From positions 64,001 through 128,000 of the IMG/VR virus record IMGVR_UViG_3300028534_000514: DNA of 64,000 nucleotides; one strand, given 5' to 3'. This document shows positions 38,614 through 47,841 of the stretch, piece by piece. The notes beneath the pieces are model-generated. The model saw only the letters and a list, made by a program, of their open reading frames with translations, made no database searches and was not told the DNA's origin. How positions within the stretch are numbered: the first letter of the stretch is position 1; each line of letters starts with the position of its first letter. Source of the DNA: a virus. Taxonomy: Duplodnaviria; Heunggongvirae; Uroviricota; Caudoviricetes. A program made the translations under genes and the position numbers.

Positions 38614-40452
38614 ATGGAAATAAATTTAAAAGATAATAATATTATTGGCCCGGACGGCAAGCCAATAGATAAAGCTAAGGAATATTTGAAATGTAAATTA
38701 TCCCCTTTGTATTTTATCGAGAATTATTGTGCAGTACCTGTTTCCGGAGGTATGATACCAATCAAAGAATCTGAATTATGGAAATCAACCCCAAAATATA
38801 GACAGTTTATCAAAGCAATTCATGAGTGCGATGCCGTTGAAATGATGGCATCGCGCCAGCATGGTAAAACAACGACAGCTTTATTATATTACTTATGGGC
38901 GCTATTGTTTTACCCGAAACTTACTATCGAATACGTTACTCTCGATAGTAAAAGGGCAAACGATGCTGTTAAAAGAATGAAGGAAATGCTTGCTTATTTG
39001 CCAGCATGGCTTCAAATACCATTTAAAGGTAAATCTGAAAAAGTTACTTATTTGGAGCTGGAGAACGGATCTCGTATGAACTCTAACTATGTTAGTGGTA
39101 GTATTGACCCAGATAGGCTGGGAAGGGGTATGTCTGCACCATTGATCTATATTGATGAAACTGCTTTTATTCCGAAGATGGATATTGTATGGACAGCCAT
39201 GCAACCTGCTATTTCTGCAGCGAGAGTATTCGCAAAGCAAAATGGTTATCCAAATGGTATTCTATTTACAACAACACCAAATGGAGCTGGTACCAATTTT
39301 TTTTATAATGTATGGTCCCGAGGTTGGGATTCAAGTGAGGTATTTATTAATGATAGTATAAAATTTCAAGAAAATTGGGATGAACTTATTAATAGCGATG
39401 ATAACCGAAATAACTTTGTAAGATTTAAAATACATTGGTCAGAGACTAATAAAGACGAGGCTTGGTATAAACAGCAAATTAAAGAATTGAACTTTAATAT
39501 GAGAAAAGTTTCTCAGGAGCTTGACCTTGTATTTTTGGGTTCATCAAACGCCGTTTTCCCAGATGAAGTTCTAGAACTATTCGAACCAAAAGAAACTAAA
39601 AGTACAATAACTATGGCTTATGGCGAACAATTCAAGGTTGTAGATGATTTGGATCCAACACGATTATATCTGCTTGGTGTTGATACAGCCGCAAGTACAG
39701 GAGCCAAAGCTGACTTTAGTGCTATGGTACTTGTCGACGCTCAAACTGGAGAAGAGGTTGGTTCATGGCATGGTAAATTTTCGGTCGTAAAGAGATTTGC
39801 AGTCGTTGTTAAATCTCTAATACAGGGCCTTACAGAATTACACTCATTAACAGAGGATACCCTTCAGGTAATTATAGAGAGGAACTCCTTTGGTCTTGGA
39901 ACCATTGAAGAATTAATGTTCGATGATGGAGGATTTGATTATACTAGTTATTTATATCAAGAAGAATTGAAAAATAACGAAAGACGTCCAGGATTGCTAA
40001 CTAATGCCAAATCAAGAGATATGATGTTTAATTTATTATTAAGTGCTATAAATGAAATGCCTGAAAGAGCAAAAACTGCTCTTTTACAAGAGGAATTGCG
40101 AAATCTTGAACAAAAAAATAATGGACGATTCGAAGCAGTTCAGGGAGCCCATGACGATTCAATTATGGCCTACAATTTTTGTCTTTTTGTACGTCATGAA
40201 TTTATCGGCAAAGGTCTTATTGAAACTGATGGGCGGGTATCTATGTACGATCCACAGAAAGCAAATTATTTTCTGGATGTTACAATGTCGACCTCTGATC
40301 CGGGAATTTTCAAAGACCAAAAAGAATCAATTATACGAGTTATTAATAATGACGAAAAAGAGGATCGCAAACGTATCCTAACAGAAATGGGTTATGATTC
40401 AAAAACATATGAAGCTCTCCCTTCCCTCGATAATTATGTAATAGGGCTGTAA
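38614..40452 (+). CDS. terL: Terminase large subunit
   Basis: Walker A ASRQHGKTT, Walker B LIYIDETAF, TTTPNG, nuclease LGVDTA and HDDSIMA. Confidence 0.95.
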   Translation: MEINLKDNNIIGPDGKPIDKAKEYLKCKLSPLYFIENYCAVPVSGGMIPIKESELWKSTPKYRQFIKAIHECDAVEMMASRQHGKTTTALLYYLWALLFYPKLTIEYVTLDSKRANDAVKRMKEMLAYLPAWLQIPFKGKSEKVTYLELENGSRMNSNYVSGSIDPDRLGRGMSAPLIYIDETAFIPKMDIVWTAMQPAISAARVFAKQNGYPNGILFTTTPNGAGTNFFYNVWSRGWDSSEVFINDSIKFQENWDELINSDDNRNNFVRFKIHWSETNKDEAWYKQQIKELNFNMRKVSQELDLVFLGSSNAVFPDEVLELFEPKETKSTITMAYGEQFKVVDDLDPTRLYLLGVDTAASTGAKADFSAMVLVDAQTGEEVGSWHGKFSVVKRFAVVVKSLIQGLTELHSLTEDTLQVIIERNSFGLGTIEELMFDDGGFDYTSYLYQEELKNNERRPGLLTNAKSRDMMFNLLLSAINEMPERAKTALLQEELRNLEQKNNGRFEAVQGAHDDSIMAYNFCLFVRHEFIGKGLIETDGRVSMYDPQKANYFLDVTMSTSDPGIFKDQKESIIRVINNDEKEDRKRILTEMGYDSKTYEALPSLDNYVIGL

Positions 40453-40494
40453 TATAATTTAAATAAAAAAGATAAAAAGGATAAAAGGATAAAC

Positions 40495-40791
40495 ATGGAT
40501 AAACTATTAACAAAGATTGAATTTTTAATTGAATCTGCTTTGACCGAGATTCAGGAATCAGATAAAGATCCGGGACTTACCCCTAAAGAAAGAATAAATG
40601 TAGCTGAACGAGCAAAAGATTCCGAAAACAGAAAATTAACAGATAATGAAATAGCATCGGCTGTAAAAAATAAGGAAAATAATATACCTGAAATGGGGGA
40701 TAATCCGGATTTGGATGGAATAACGCCGAATCCTCATATCCCAGGAGGTTTATTAAAAATGGCAGCTCAACATATAGAGGATAACTCCTAA
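40495..40791 (+). CDS. Hypothetical probable head protein
   Basis: Glu-rich N-terminus LIESALTEIQES. Confidence 0.6.
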   Translation: MDKLLTKIEFLIESALTEIQESDKDPGLTPKERINVAERAKDSENRKLTDNEIASAVKNKENNIPEMGDNPDLDGITPNPHIPGGLLKMAAQHIEDNS

Positions 40792-40819
40792 AATAAAATT
40801 AACAAAAAATATTACAAAA

Positions 40820-40855
40820 AAAACAATCCGAGCTAGCTCGGATTGTTTTCCTGTG
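40820..40855. terminator. Perfect-palindrome terminator with CCTGTG tail
   Basis: AAAACAATCCGAGCTAGCTCGGATTGTTTT-CCTGTG. Confidence 0.8.
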
Positions 40856-41336
40856 CCAGATAATATCGCCGAAACCGCTTTTTAGCTTCTGTAGCAGACT
40901 TCTCGGCTTCCAAGTATGTTTTTAAACCACTAATAATTTTAGAACGTTTTATAAATAACGACTGCTTTTGAAAATCACTTATATCATCCGGAACTCGTAC
41001 GTTAATCGTAGAAAGCATATTGTCAAGTTCGTTTAAATAATTTAAAAGATATTCATATGATTTTAATTCTTCATCAGTATGCTTTAATAAATCTATAGTT
41101 TTTTCTATATATTTCTTGTCGAGAGGAGTACTTACCACTAAGGCATTCTCGAATTCTATGGAATTTAATAATGTTTCTCTGACTACACAACTATATTTTC
41201 CTGCTCGTTCTTGTTCTTCTTTTTCAGCTGCTGCATAAGCGCTCTCGAAATCTTCAAAAATACCTACAACATAATTATGTTTATTTCGGTTGCCATATTT
41301 ATACGCCGTTGTCACGTAAAGCTTTTTCTCGCTCAT
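40833..41336 (-). CDS. Hypothetical protein
   Basis: ATG after AGGAGG; YVVGIFEDFESAYAAAE. Confidence 0.65.
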   Translation of the reverse strand: MSEKKLYVTTAYKYGNRNKHNYVVGIFEDFESAYAAAEKEEQERAGKYSCVVRETLLNSIEFENALVVSTPLDKKYIEKTIDLLKHTDEELKSYEYLLNYLNELDNMLSTINVRVPDDISDFQKQSLFIKRSKIISGLKTYLEAEKSATEAKKRFRRYYLAQENNPS

Positions 41337-41841
41337 TGTTTGCCTCCTCAATATATTTTTGAAGTTCTTTAAAATAAAAATCTAATTCACGTTCTTCGTC
41401 TGTTATTTTAAAATACTTCATCTCAATAAAATCAATAGCTTTATTATTTTCAGCGAGCTCAACCCCATCAATTATATAGCTATACGTAATATCATATGGA
41501 TAAACCTCTAATCTATGTATAACCGCAGGACCATCCTTGCGATGGGGAACACCATGTTTAAAGAAAGCAATTTTATTTAATTTATTTCGAAGTGCCCTGG
41601 CACTAATTACAGCCGGACCATCATCTCGATGGGCCTTTCCTTCATAATACCAAGTAGCAATCTTATCGGAAGTATCAACTAACGCGGGTCCATCTTCCCG
41701 GTGCAATTTTCCAAATTTATAGTATGCAACCAAACCATTAGCCATTATAACGGCAGGACCATCCTCCCGATGAAGAACTCTACTGGAATTATCTTTAAAA
41801 AATCTTATGGTACCATTGGTCTGACGAAATCGGACACTCAT
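41299..41841 (-). CDS. Protein with HRxDGPA repeats
   Basis: Four repeats: LHREDGPAV, LHREDGPAL, AHRDDGPAV, PHRKDGPAV. Confidence 0.8.
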   Translation of the reverse strand: MSVRFRQTNGTIRFFKDNSSRVLHREDGPAVIMANGLVAYYKFGKLHREDGPALVDTSDKIATWYYEGKAHRDDGPAVISARALRNKLNKIAFFKHGVPHRKDGPAVIHRLEVYPYDITYSYIIDGVELAENNKAIDFIEMKYFKITDEERELDFYFKELQKYIEEANNEREKALRDNGV

Positions 41842-42110
41842 TGTTCCCACTCAAAAATAACATTTTCGATTTCACTTCCGTATAGCTTAACAATAATTGT
41901 TGTTCTTTTTCTGGAAAAGAGATCATGAATTCTTGCCATTTCATCTGACGTTTCTCCTCGAACATATGCCTCTCTCACCTCTCTAGCTGTAGTTTCGATA
42001 ATTACAGTTGTTCTTTTTTTCTTTTCTATTCTTTCAATTGGAATAGAATTGATGATTTCCTCAGAAATGTGCGCAATCTCACCAATTGATAAAACTTTTC
42101 TTTTTACCAT
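41838..42110 (-). CDS. Hypothetical protein
   Basis: Internal repeat KRTTVII / KRTTIIV. Confidence 0.6.
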   Translation of the reverse strand: MVKRKVLSIGEIAHISEEIINSIPIERIEKKKRTTVIIETTAREVREAYVRGETSDEMARIHDLFSRKRTTIIVKLYGSEIENVIFEWEQ

Positions 42111-42138
42111 TTTTTATCCTTTTCTGTTTTTGATTTTA

Positions 42139-42561
42139 CTAAATTGAATCCAATTCAAATTTTTGAAATCCTAATTGTTCGATAATATTTTCGTTTGGTT
42201 CAAATAATAATATTTTTTTAAGTCTTCTACCATATTTTTCCATCGCCTCTTCGGTTAGCTCTTTTGGATCTAAAATAAGATAGACTTTATATTCGAGTGG
42301 AAAAAGGTCTTCATTTACTAAAAGATTATTTCGAAGAATAGAAAAATTAACAACCGAATCATCTTGTGGGGTAGGACAAATTCTATGAATAACATCTGCC
42401 TTTTTATCATAGACATAAATATTTGATAAATTTCCAGGTTGGAACCCTATTTTTAAATTTGCACCCTCCTTTAAATGGTTAAGCCACTCATCACACCTGT
42501 CAAAAACAAGGACATTTTTATTTTCCCTTTTGCCTTTGATTCTTTTAAATATATCTCCCAT
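42139..42561 (-). CDS. Hypothetical protein, paralogue of 42905
   Basis: EW...KIGFQPGNLSNIYVYD. Confidence 0.65.
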   Translation of the reverse strand: MGDIFKRIKGKRENKNVLVFDRCDEWLNHLKEGANLKIGFQPGNLSNIYVYDKKADVIHRICPTPQDDSVVNFSILRNNLLVNEDLFPLEYKVYLILDPKELTEEAMEKYGRRLKKILLFEPNENIIEQLGFQKFELDSI

Positions 42562-42572
42562 TTATTTCTCCT

Positions 42573-42887
42573 TTATTCATGTGAAGAAGTTTCATCTGGT
42601 AAGTTCTGATAAATTTCTTTTGTTACATCACTAATATTTTTTAGAAATGGATCAATTTCTTCTAAAGGCAATCCACTATCAACCATTATACGAAGAAGCC
42701 CAACCATAAACATAGACGCATCTGCTGAGGACATTTCCTCCTGGTTGTTAAATGAATCGAATCCAACTTCCAATCCTTCTTCTGATGATTTAATTGAAAA
42801 AATATATCTTTTAATATTTTTCTCGTGAATATCACCCGTGTTTTGGTTGGTTTCTAAATTTTCTGATTTTTTTAATTCTTTTGACAT
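42573..42887 (-). CDS. Hypothetical acidic protein
   Basis: RBS AGGAG. Confidence 0.6.
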   Translation of the reverse strand: MSKELKKSENLETNQNTGDIHEKNIKRYIFSIKSSEEGLEVGFDSFNNQEEMSSADASMFMVGLLRIMVDSGLPLEEIDPFLKNISDVTKEIYQNLPDETSSHE

Positions 42888-42904
42888 TTTTTCTCCTATA
42901 TGTT

Positions 42905-43291
42905 TTAAAGATCTTCCATTGTTGGTTGATCGAAAAAGTTTTTGATCAGATTTTCATTTAACGGTATTCTTCTTCTATATTTTAATATTCTCTCTTTGTA
43001 TTTTTCGAGTATATTCGGATACAATTCTAAATAATCAATGGTCCAAAAATTAATATTAGTTGACAGACCAATGGAAGCCGTTAATTCCTTTTCTCTAACA
43101 TCGCTATCTTGTCTCGGATTTTGTTTTAATCTCTGGAATTTCTGCCGGTTATGATTATAGACATATAAATTATAGAAATTCCCTGTCTGTAGTCCGATGC
43201 TTCCACCTTTAATTCTTGATATCCATTCATTAAAATTATCACATTTAGTCATATTATTCATATCAGCATAATCAGTAATACTTGATATCAT
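42905..43291 (-). CDS. Hypothetical protein, paralogue of 42139
   Basis: EW...SIGLQTGNFYNLYVYN. Confidence 0.65.
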   Translation of the reverse strand: MISSITDYADMNNMTKCDNFNEWISRIKGGSIGLQTGNFYNLYVYNHNRQKFQRLKQNPRQDSDVREKELTASIGLSTNINFWTIDYLELYPNILEKYKERILKYRRRIPLNENLIKNFFDQPTMEDL

Positions 43292-43728
43292 TTTTTCTCC
43301 TTTAGTGCTCGAAGATAATCATATATTCTTTTTCGCATTCTTTTAATTAAAAGCATTTCAAACTTTGTAAGAAATAATTCCGGCTTAGTTATATTTCCCT
43401 GGTCTGATATTTCTGATATTAATATATCCCCTCTATGGTTTCTATCTAATTTAAAAAAAGCTTTTCGCCCACGTCGTTTGCGATATTTTTTTCCTCCACC
43501 TTTAAAGGTAAACCCAGCAATAGATTCAGTCCCAACATAAAACCGTTGTTTATTAAGATATTCTGATAGTCCTGAATAAAGAGCCAAATTTCCATCAGAT
43601 GTTAAAATTATATATTGATTTTCTTGAAGAAAGGAAATACGATTATTTAAAGGTAATAAAATACGACGACCGAGATAATCATCTTGGGGGATATCCCAGA
43701 CCTTAGAAGGAGTCTGGTTCATTATCAA
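43288..43728 (-). CDS. Hypothetical protein, C-terminal LTxFExxL family
   Basis: ELFLTKFEMLLIKRMRK. Confidence 0.6.
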   Translation of the reverse strand: MIMNQTPSKVWDIPQDDYLGRRILLPLNNRISFLQENQYIILTSDGNLALYSGLSEYLNKQRFYVGTESIAGFTFKGGGKKYRKRRGRKAFFKLDRNHRGDILISEISDQGNITKPELFLTKFEMLLIKRMRKRIYDYLRALKEKK

Positions 43729-43960
43729 TATCTTCCATAAATGGATTTGATCCTAATGGAGATTCCCTTCGTGTAAAAGAGGTTCCTCTTGATTTTTTTA
43801 AAAAAGTATTGTACAATTCATTTAGTTCTTGATTTGTAATAACATTTGGGGAAATCCCCAAATGTGGAAAATGTTTTTTAGTAGCCTCCGGTGTTAAATC
43901 TGGTTGCATTAACCAAAGGCCAATTAGATTTCTTTTATTTTCTTCAGTTATACCCATCAC
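43703..43960 (-). CDS. Hypothetical protein
   Basis: Operonic ORF. Confidence 0.55.
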   Translation of the reverse strand: MMGITEENKRNLIGLWLMQPDLTPEATKKHFPHLGISPNVITNQELNELYNTFLKKSRGTSFTRRESPLGSNPFMEDIDNEPDSF

Positions 43961-43977
43961 ATATCCTTTATAGGTCC

Positions 43978-44442
43978 TTAACCTTTTTTATTTTTCTTAT
44001 TTTTCTTTTTCTTTTTTTTGCCGGCGTTTGAAATGGCTGAAATATCTTTTTGATCCAAATTTGCTCGGGGATCAAGATAAACATCATCAATTGCACTTCT
44101 TATAATTTTTTTTGCAGCATCTTTATCTGGACGAGTTGTATCGAAGTCCAAAAAAGATTTTAATCCCTTTTCGGAGGCTTCCTCTCGTAATTGTTTTAAT
44201 TCCCTCAAAAAGTGTTTTTCAGCATCAACAGGAAAGGATGATGGTCCATCGATATCATATTTTTTTAGATTTGTGAGTTCTTCCAAAATTTGCTCGACAA
44301 CTTCATCATAACTTGGACCGCCCTCGTTTTTAAATTTCTCAGAGGCAGCTTTCGATACTGAGTGTATTGCGCTCGCTGCATCCTTAATTAGCTGCCCAAA
44401 ACTACCTTCCATGGCTACTTCGAATCCATCTATTTTAATCAT
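43978..44442 (-). CDS. Hypothetical protein with a poly-Lys tail
   Basis: Ends GKKKKKKNKKNKKG. Confidence 0.65.
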   Translation of the reverse strand: MIKIDGFEVAMEGSFGQLIKDAASAIHSVSKAASEKFKNEGGPSYDEVVEQILEELTNLKKYDIDGPSSFPVDAEKHFLRELKQLREEASEKGLKSFLDFDTTRPDKDAAKKIIRSAIDDVYLDPRANLDQKDISAISNAGKKKKKKNKKNKKG

Positions 44443-44918
44443 TCAGTATCCTTTTTAGCCTTTTTAGTCTTTTTAGTCTTTTTAACCTTTTTATCTTTTT
44501 TGGTTTTTTTGGATTTTTTATTCGGCGTACTATCCACAGATTCTTTTTTGATTTTTTGAAGACGAGCCATTGCTTCCTCTAAAAGTTTGCTCGCTTCCGT
44601 CGAATCACTTCCTGGATTTGATCTATCACCCAGTCGCTTTTCCGCATTAAAAATATTATAAAAATCCTCCGGAAAAAGATCCTTATAATCCCCATTCTCC
44701 AATATCTCCTGAGGAGATATATCCGATCGATTACCACGTATTTTTTTAATAGTGAGTACCGTTTTAAAAAATCGATCAAGGAGCTCTTCGTAAGAAAGAT
44801 CAATTTGAGATTTTCCTTCTAATTCGAGCAGTAGTCTATCTAAAATAGCCCCCAACTCCGCTACAACTGCAAGCGCTTCTCCAGCTATAATTGTTTTATT
44901 TTTATCTATCAATATCAT
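44439..44918 (-). CDS. Hypothetical protein with a Lys-rich tail, probable paralogue of 43978
   Basis: KKSKKTKKDKKVKKTKKTKKAKK. Confidence 0.65.
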   Translation of the reverse strand: MILIDKNKTIIAGEALAVVAELGAILDRLLLELEGKSQIDLSYEELLDRFFKTVLTIKKIRGNRSDISPQEILENGDYKDLFPEDFYNIFNAEKRLGDRSNPGSDSTEASKLLEEAMARLQKIKKESVDSTPNKKSKKTKKDKKVKKTKKTKKAKKDTE

Positions 44919-44949
44919 GTTTCTTCCTTATTTTTTTAATTAGTATTAG

Positions 44950-45534
44950 TTAAACTAGTGAACCATCGAAAGACGGCCGTTGATTTTCAAATGCTTCGAT
45001 TTCGTTAAGCTTTTCTTTTAGTTCCTTTTTTAACCTCCTTAGGGATGATGTAACTGCCATATCAATATATTCGATATCATGATATGCAAGATTGAAAAAA
45101 TCGTTATTTTCTGTTACCGGAAATAACTTTAAAGCTAAAGATGAAATAGTTTTATCGAAATAGATTTTACGACCTACTGGGATTGCATATTGGAAATCCT
45201 TCATTTTGATAAAGAAAAAAGATGTTGTCATATTTGATAAGGTTTCGGTTCCTCTATTGGTGTCAACGAGCTTTGTTACCTGATCTAATCTATAAATTAG
45301 ATCCTCTTCTGTTATGGGATTATTCGCGTTATATATTCGATAAATTGAATTATCTTTTACTTTAAGACTATTCGAAAGAACCCTATTAATATCAATAGCG
45401 TTATAATCATATTGATCATTTAGAATAAGCGCGGTGATGGTATTAGCCTTTATATCCGAATCTATTTCTCCTTTAATTCTTTTTTTGGGTTCGATATACC
45501 CAAGCAACGCTTCTTTATAGTGTGGTAATTGCAT
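44950..45534 (-). CDS. Hypothetical protein
   Basis: 194-aa ORF. Confidence 0.65.
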   Translation of the reverse strand: MQLPHYKEALLGYIEPKKRIKGEIDSDIKANTITALILNDQYDYNAIDINRVLSNSLKVKDNSIYRIYNANNPITEEDLIYRLDQVTKLVDTNRGTETLSNMTTSFFFIKMKDFQYAIPVGRKIYFDKTISSLALKLFPVTENNDFFNLAYHDIEYIDMAVTSSLRRLKKELKEKLNEIEAFENQRPSFDGSLV

Positions 45535-45537
45535 AAT

Positions 45538-45590
45538 TTTCCTTTATTCCTTTATTCCTTTATTTCTTTATTTCTTTATTTTTCTTTTTT
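45538..45590 (-). repeat. Stuttered 8-bp AATAAAGG/AATAAAGA repeats upstream of a start codon
   Basis: cctttattcctttattcctttatttctttatttctttatt on the + strand. Confidence 0.7.
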
Positions 45591-46154
45591 AGCTATTGCT
45601 TTTACTAAATCTATTTCGAATGAAGTTGCTAAAACCCCACTTTGGATTTTCATTGGTTTGGTGCCTCCATATTTTGTGGAAAGTACAAATTCGCCACTAT
45701 ATCTAAAAGCGTATGTATTATCGAATTTTACAAGGGTAAATTTAGCTTTTAGAACCCCTCCTGTCCAATAGACATGACGAATTTTACCATCATCGTCTAG
45801 TTTAAATGGAGTCGAAAATTCTAGTTTCCAGCGCGAGGAATCCGTCCTTTTTTCACGCTCTTCTATAATCTCTTTCGTTAATCCCATTCCTCCCTTTTTA
45901 GAAGTAAATGGATACAAATTGGCTAAGGTATAATAGTCTTTATATCGAATCCCTATCATAATCTGACCAGAATATGATCCAAAATTTTTAATAAATAAAA
46001 TAATTTCTCTTTTTCTGTCCTTTTGAAAAGTTGATCCAACTCCTGAATGAGCATCGGCCGGACTAATGGCGGTATCTAGAGGATGGGACGCTAAAATAGT
46101 ATATCCTCTTTTTTTTCTTTTATTTAATGGTACATATTCTTTTAATATTTTCAT
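45576..46154 (-). CDS. Hypothetical protein
   Basis: 192-aa ORF. Confidence 0.6.
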   Translation of the reverse strand: MKILKEYVPLNKRKKRGYTILASHPLDTAISPADAHSGVGSTFQKDRKREIILFIKNFGSYSGQIMIGIRYKDYYTLANLYPFTSKKGGMGLTKEIIEEREKRTDSSRWKLEFSTPFKLDDDGKIRHVYWTGGVLKAKFTLVKFDNTYAFRYSGEFVLSTKYGGTKPMKIQSGVLATSFEIDLVKAIAKKEK

Positions 46155-46174
46155 AGTAAATATAAAACAAGAGA

Positions 46175-46210
46175 GACCAAATCCTTGGGCCTAGGCCCAA
46201 GGATTTGGTC
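46175..46210 (-). terminator. 36-bp perfect palindrome over a stop codon
   Basis: GACCAAATCCTTGGGCCTAGGCCCAAGGATTTGGTC. Confidence 0.7.
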
Positions 46211-46652
46211 GTTCTCTAGCCTCTGCCTCCTTTCTTTTTTTTTCACGGAAGGCCTCCTCCCCAAATATTTGGATATAGGAGTAATCCTCCTTTGTCAAAA
46301 TATCCTTTTTCTTGGGCTCCATGAAATGTTCCCCATCCCATTGATATCCCAAAAATTCGAGATGATCCAGAATGGCATTTCCAACTGCCCACATTAAGGA
46401 AGTTTCTCTTTTTAATTCACTCATGAATTGAAAGAGACGAGGATATAAATTGCTCGCAGCGTACTCATGCTCGGCTCGGCCGGCTTCGTGAGTACGCTTA
46501 TCCTCAGAGTAGGTTAACCCTCGGGCAACTAACACGGTCATAATTGCATTGACCGCGTTTTTTATCTTATTTAGGTCACCATCTGTCATCTGTTCTATGA
46601 CAGGGTGACCTTTAATTATCGCTGCCAAATTCTCTCGAGTGAAATTAGACAT
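46191..46652 (-). CDS. Hypothetical protein
   Basis: RBS GAGGTG, coupled to the MYG1 gene. Confidence 0.7.
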   Translation of the reverse strand: MSNFTRENLAAIIKGHPVIEQMTDGDLNKIKNAVNAIMTVLVARGLTYSEDKRTHEAGRAEHEYAASNLYPRLFQFMSELKRETSLMWAVGNAILDHLEFLGYQWDGEHFMEPKKKDILTKEDYSYIQIFGEEAFREKKRKEAEARERPNPWA

Positions 46653-47520
46653 ATTTCACCTCCTCGAGAACAAGATCCTGAATGATTCCGTTCCACTTAG
46701 CCTCGTCCCAAACAGCGAAGAAGCCGTTCTTATGAACGAACTTCGCCCCGTGGCTTTCAGGCGAGATCTTAAGGTAATCGGTGTTAACCGTCACCTTGAT
46801 CTCGTTGGTCTGGTGATCATGAAAGATGGATCCCCAGACATCGTCCCCGTGGACAGCTGTCAGGTTGTTTAACCCAACATACTTATCCACCGCGGCGAAC
46901 TTCGCCTGAAGACGACCACCATCAACGTCAACACCGATGATCTCTGCCTTCTCGGAGCGCGCCTTGAGAATCTCTTCTTTAGTCTCGCGGGCTTCGGCAG
47001 CCGCTTCAGCAAGACGATCGAAGATTTCGCCCTTCGGGCCATGAATATTGTAGTCCCGGATACCCTCAAGGATATCTCGAGCAAAGTGTAGCGATCTATA
47101 GAACGCTCGCGATTGCTCAATTCCCTGAATATCCAAATCATTAAGATCAGAGATCCATCCAAGGATTTCATCCCACGGGCTCTTGGGATTGTATCCCACT
47201 CTCGTATCCCGTGCATCAACTGCACGGACCAACTCCCAAATAAGGGAGGGGACTTCATCCTCCTCCCAGAGCCAGTGGGCGATCAACCCGAAAGCCGATC
47301 GCCCATGGACGTCTGGACCATCTTGATGATGGTCGAACCTCATCCTGTCGGGGTCGTACTCCATCCCGACATCGACGACGATATCGCAGTCGTCGATGAT
47401 GTCTTGACATCGCGTTCGAACGATATCAAGACCGAAACCAGCGAGCTCAAGTCCCGCTAGTGCGAAGAGCTCATCCGGATGAAAAATCCCCGGATGAGTT
47501 GCTGTTGTAACTGTTTTCAT
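46645..47520 (-). CDS. MYG1 (UPF0160) family DHH exonuclease
   Basis: THPGIFHPDELFA, DIVRTR, IVVDVGMEYDP..RFDHHQ, FVHKNGFFA. Confidence 0.9.
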   Translation of the reverse strand: MKTVTTATHPGIFHPDELFALAGLELAGFGLDIVRTRCQDIIDDCDIVVDVGMEYDPDRMRFDHHQDGPDVHGRSAFGLIAHWLWEEDEVPSLIWELVRAVDARDTRVGYNPKSPWDEILGWISDLNDLDIQGIEQSRAFYRSLHFARDILEGIRDYNIHGPKGEIFDRLAEAAAEARETKEEILKARSEKAEIIGVDVDGGRLQAKFAAVDKYVGLNNLTAVHGDDVWGSIFHDHQTNEIKVTVNTDYLKISPESHGAKFVHKNGFFAVWDEAKWNGIIQDLVLEEVKYV

Positions 47521-47700
47521 AATATCTCCTTTTGAATTATGGGGACTTTAACCCTGTTCCAGCCGGCTTTTCAACCAGCGCTTTATAGCCGAGCCCGACC
47601 GCGGTTCGGGACTAGTTTTGGCGGGGAATAGAATTTACTATTCCCAGCTTGGGTCTTCACCCTACTCAAAGAGATCAAAAGAATATTTTGATTCCCTTCA
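47521..47700 (-). ncRNA. ~180-nt GC-rich multi-hairpin leader of the MYG1 gene
   Basis: Stems GGGAAUAG/CUAUUCCC, GGGU-GAAG-ACCC, CCCGA/UCGGG and GCUGGUU-GAAA-AGCCGGC. Confidence 0.6.
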
Positions 47701-47703
47701 ATG

Positions 47704-47738
47704 TTAATATATTTATAGTTTTTTACTTTATTCTAAAG
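47704..47738 (-). promoter_or_regulatory. Putative early promoter
   Basis: CTTTAGAATAAAGTAAAAAACTATAAATATATTAA. Confidence 0.75.
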
Positions 47739-47805
47739 TAAAACAATAGTATAAATATCCCCAAAAAAAATCTTTAAAGAAATTCTAGCTAGGTAAAATT
47801 TAAAT

Positions 47806-47841
47806 GACAGGAAAATGGAAGGTCAATCGACCTTCCATTTT
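47806..47841 (-). terminator. Hairpin terminator with CCTGTC tail on the minus strand
   Basis: AAAATGGAAGGTC-GATT-GACCTTCCATTTT-CCTGTC read on the minus strand. Confidence 0.8.

Noticed and set aside
46639-47460. Overlapping ORFs around the MYG1 gene
   Set aside because: Alternative-frame openings caused by the high GC content of that gene
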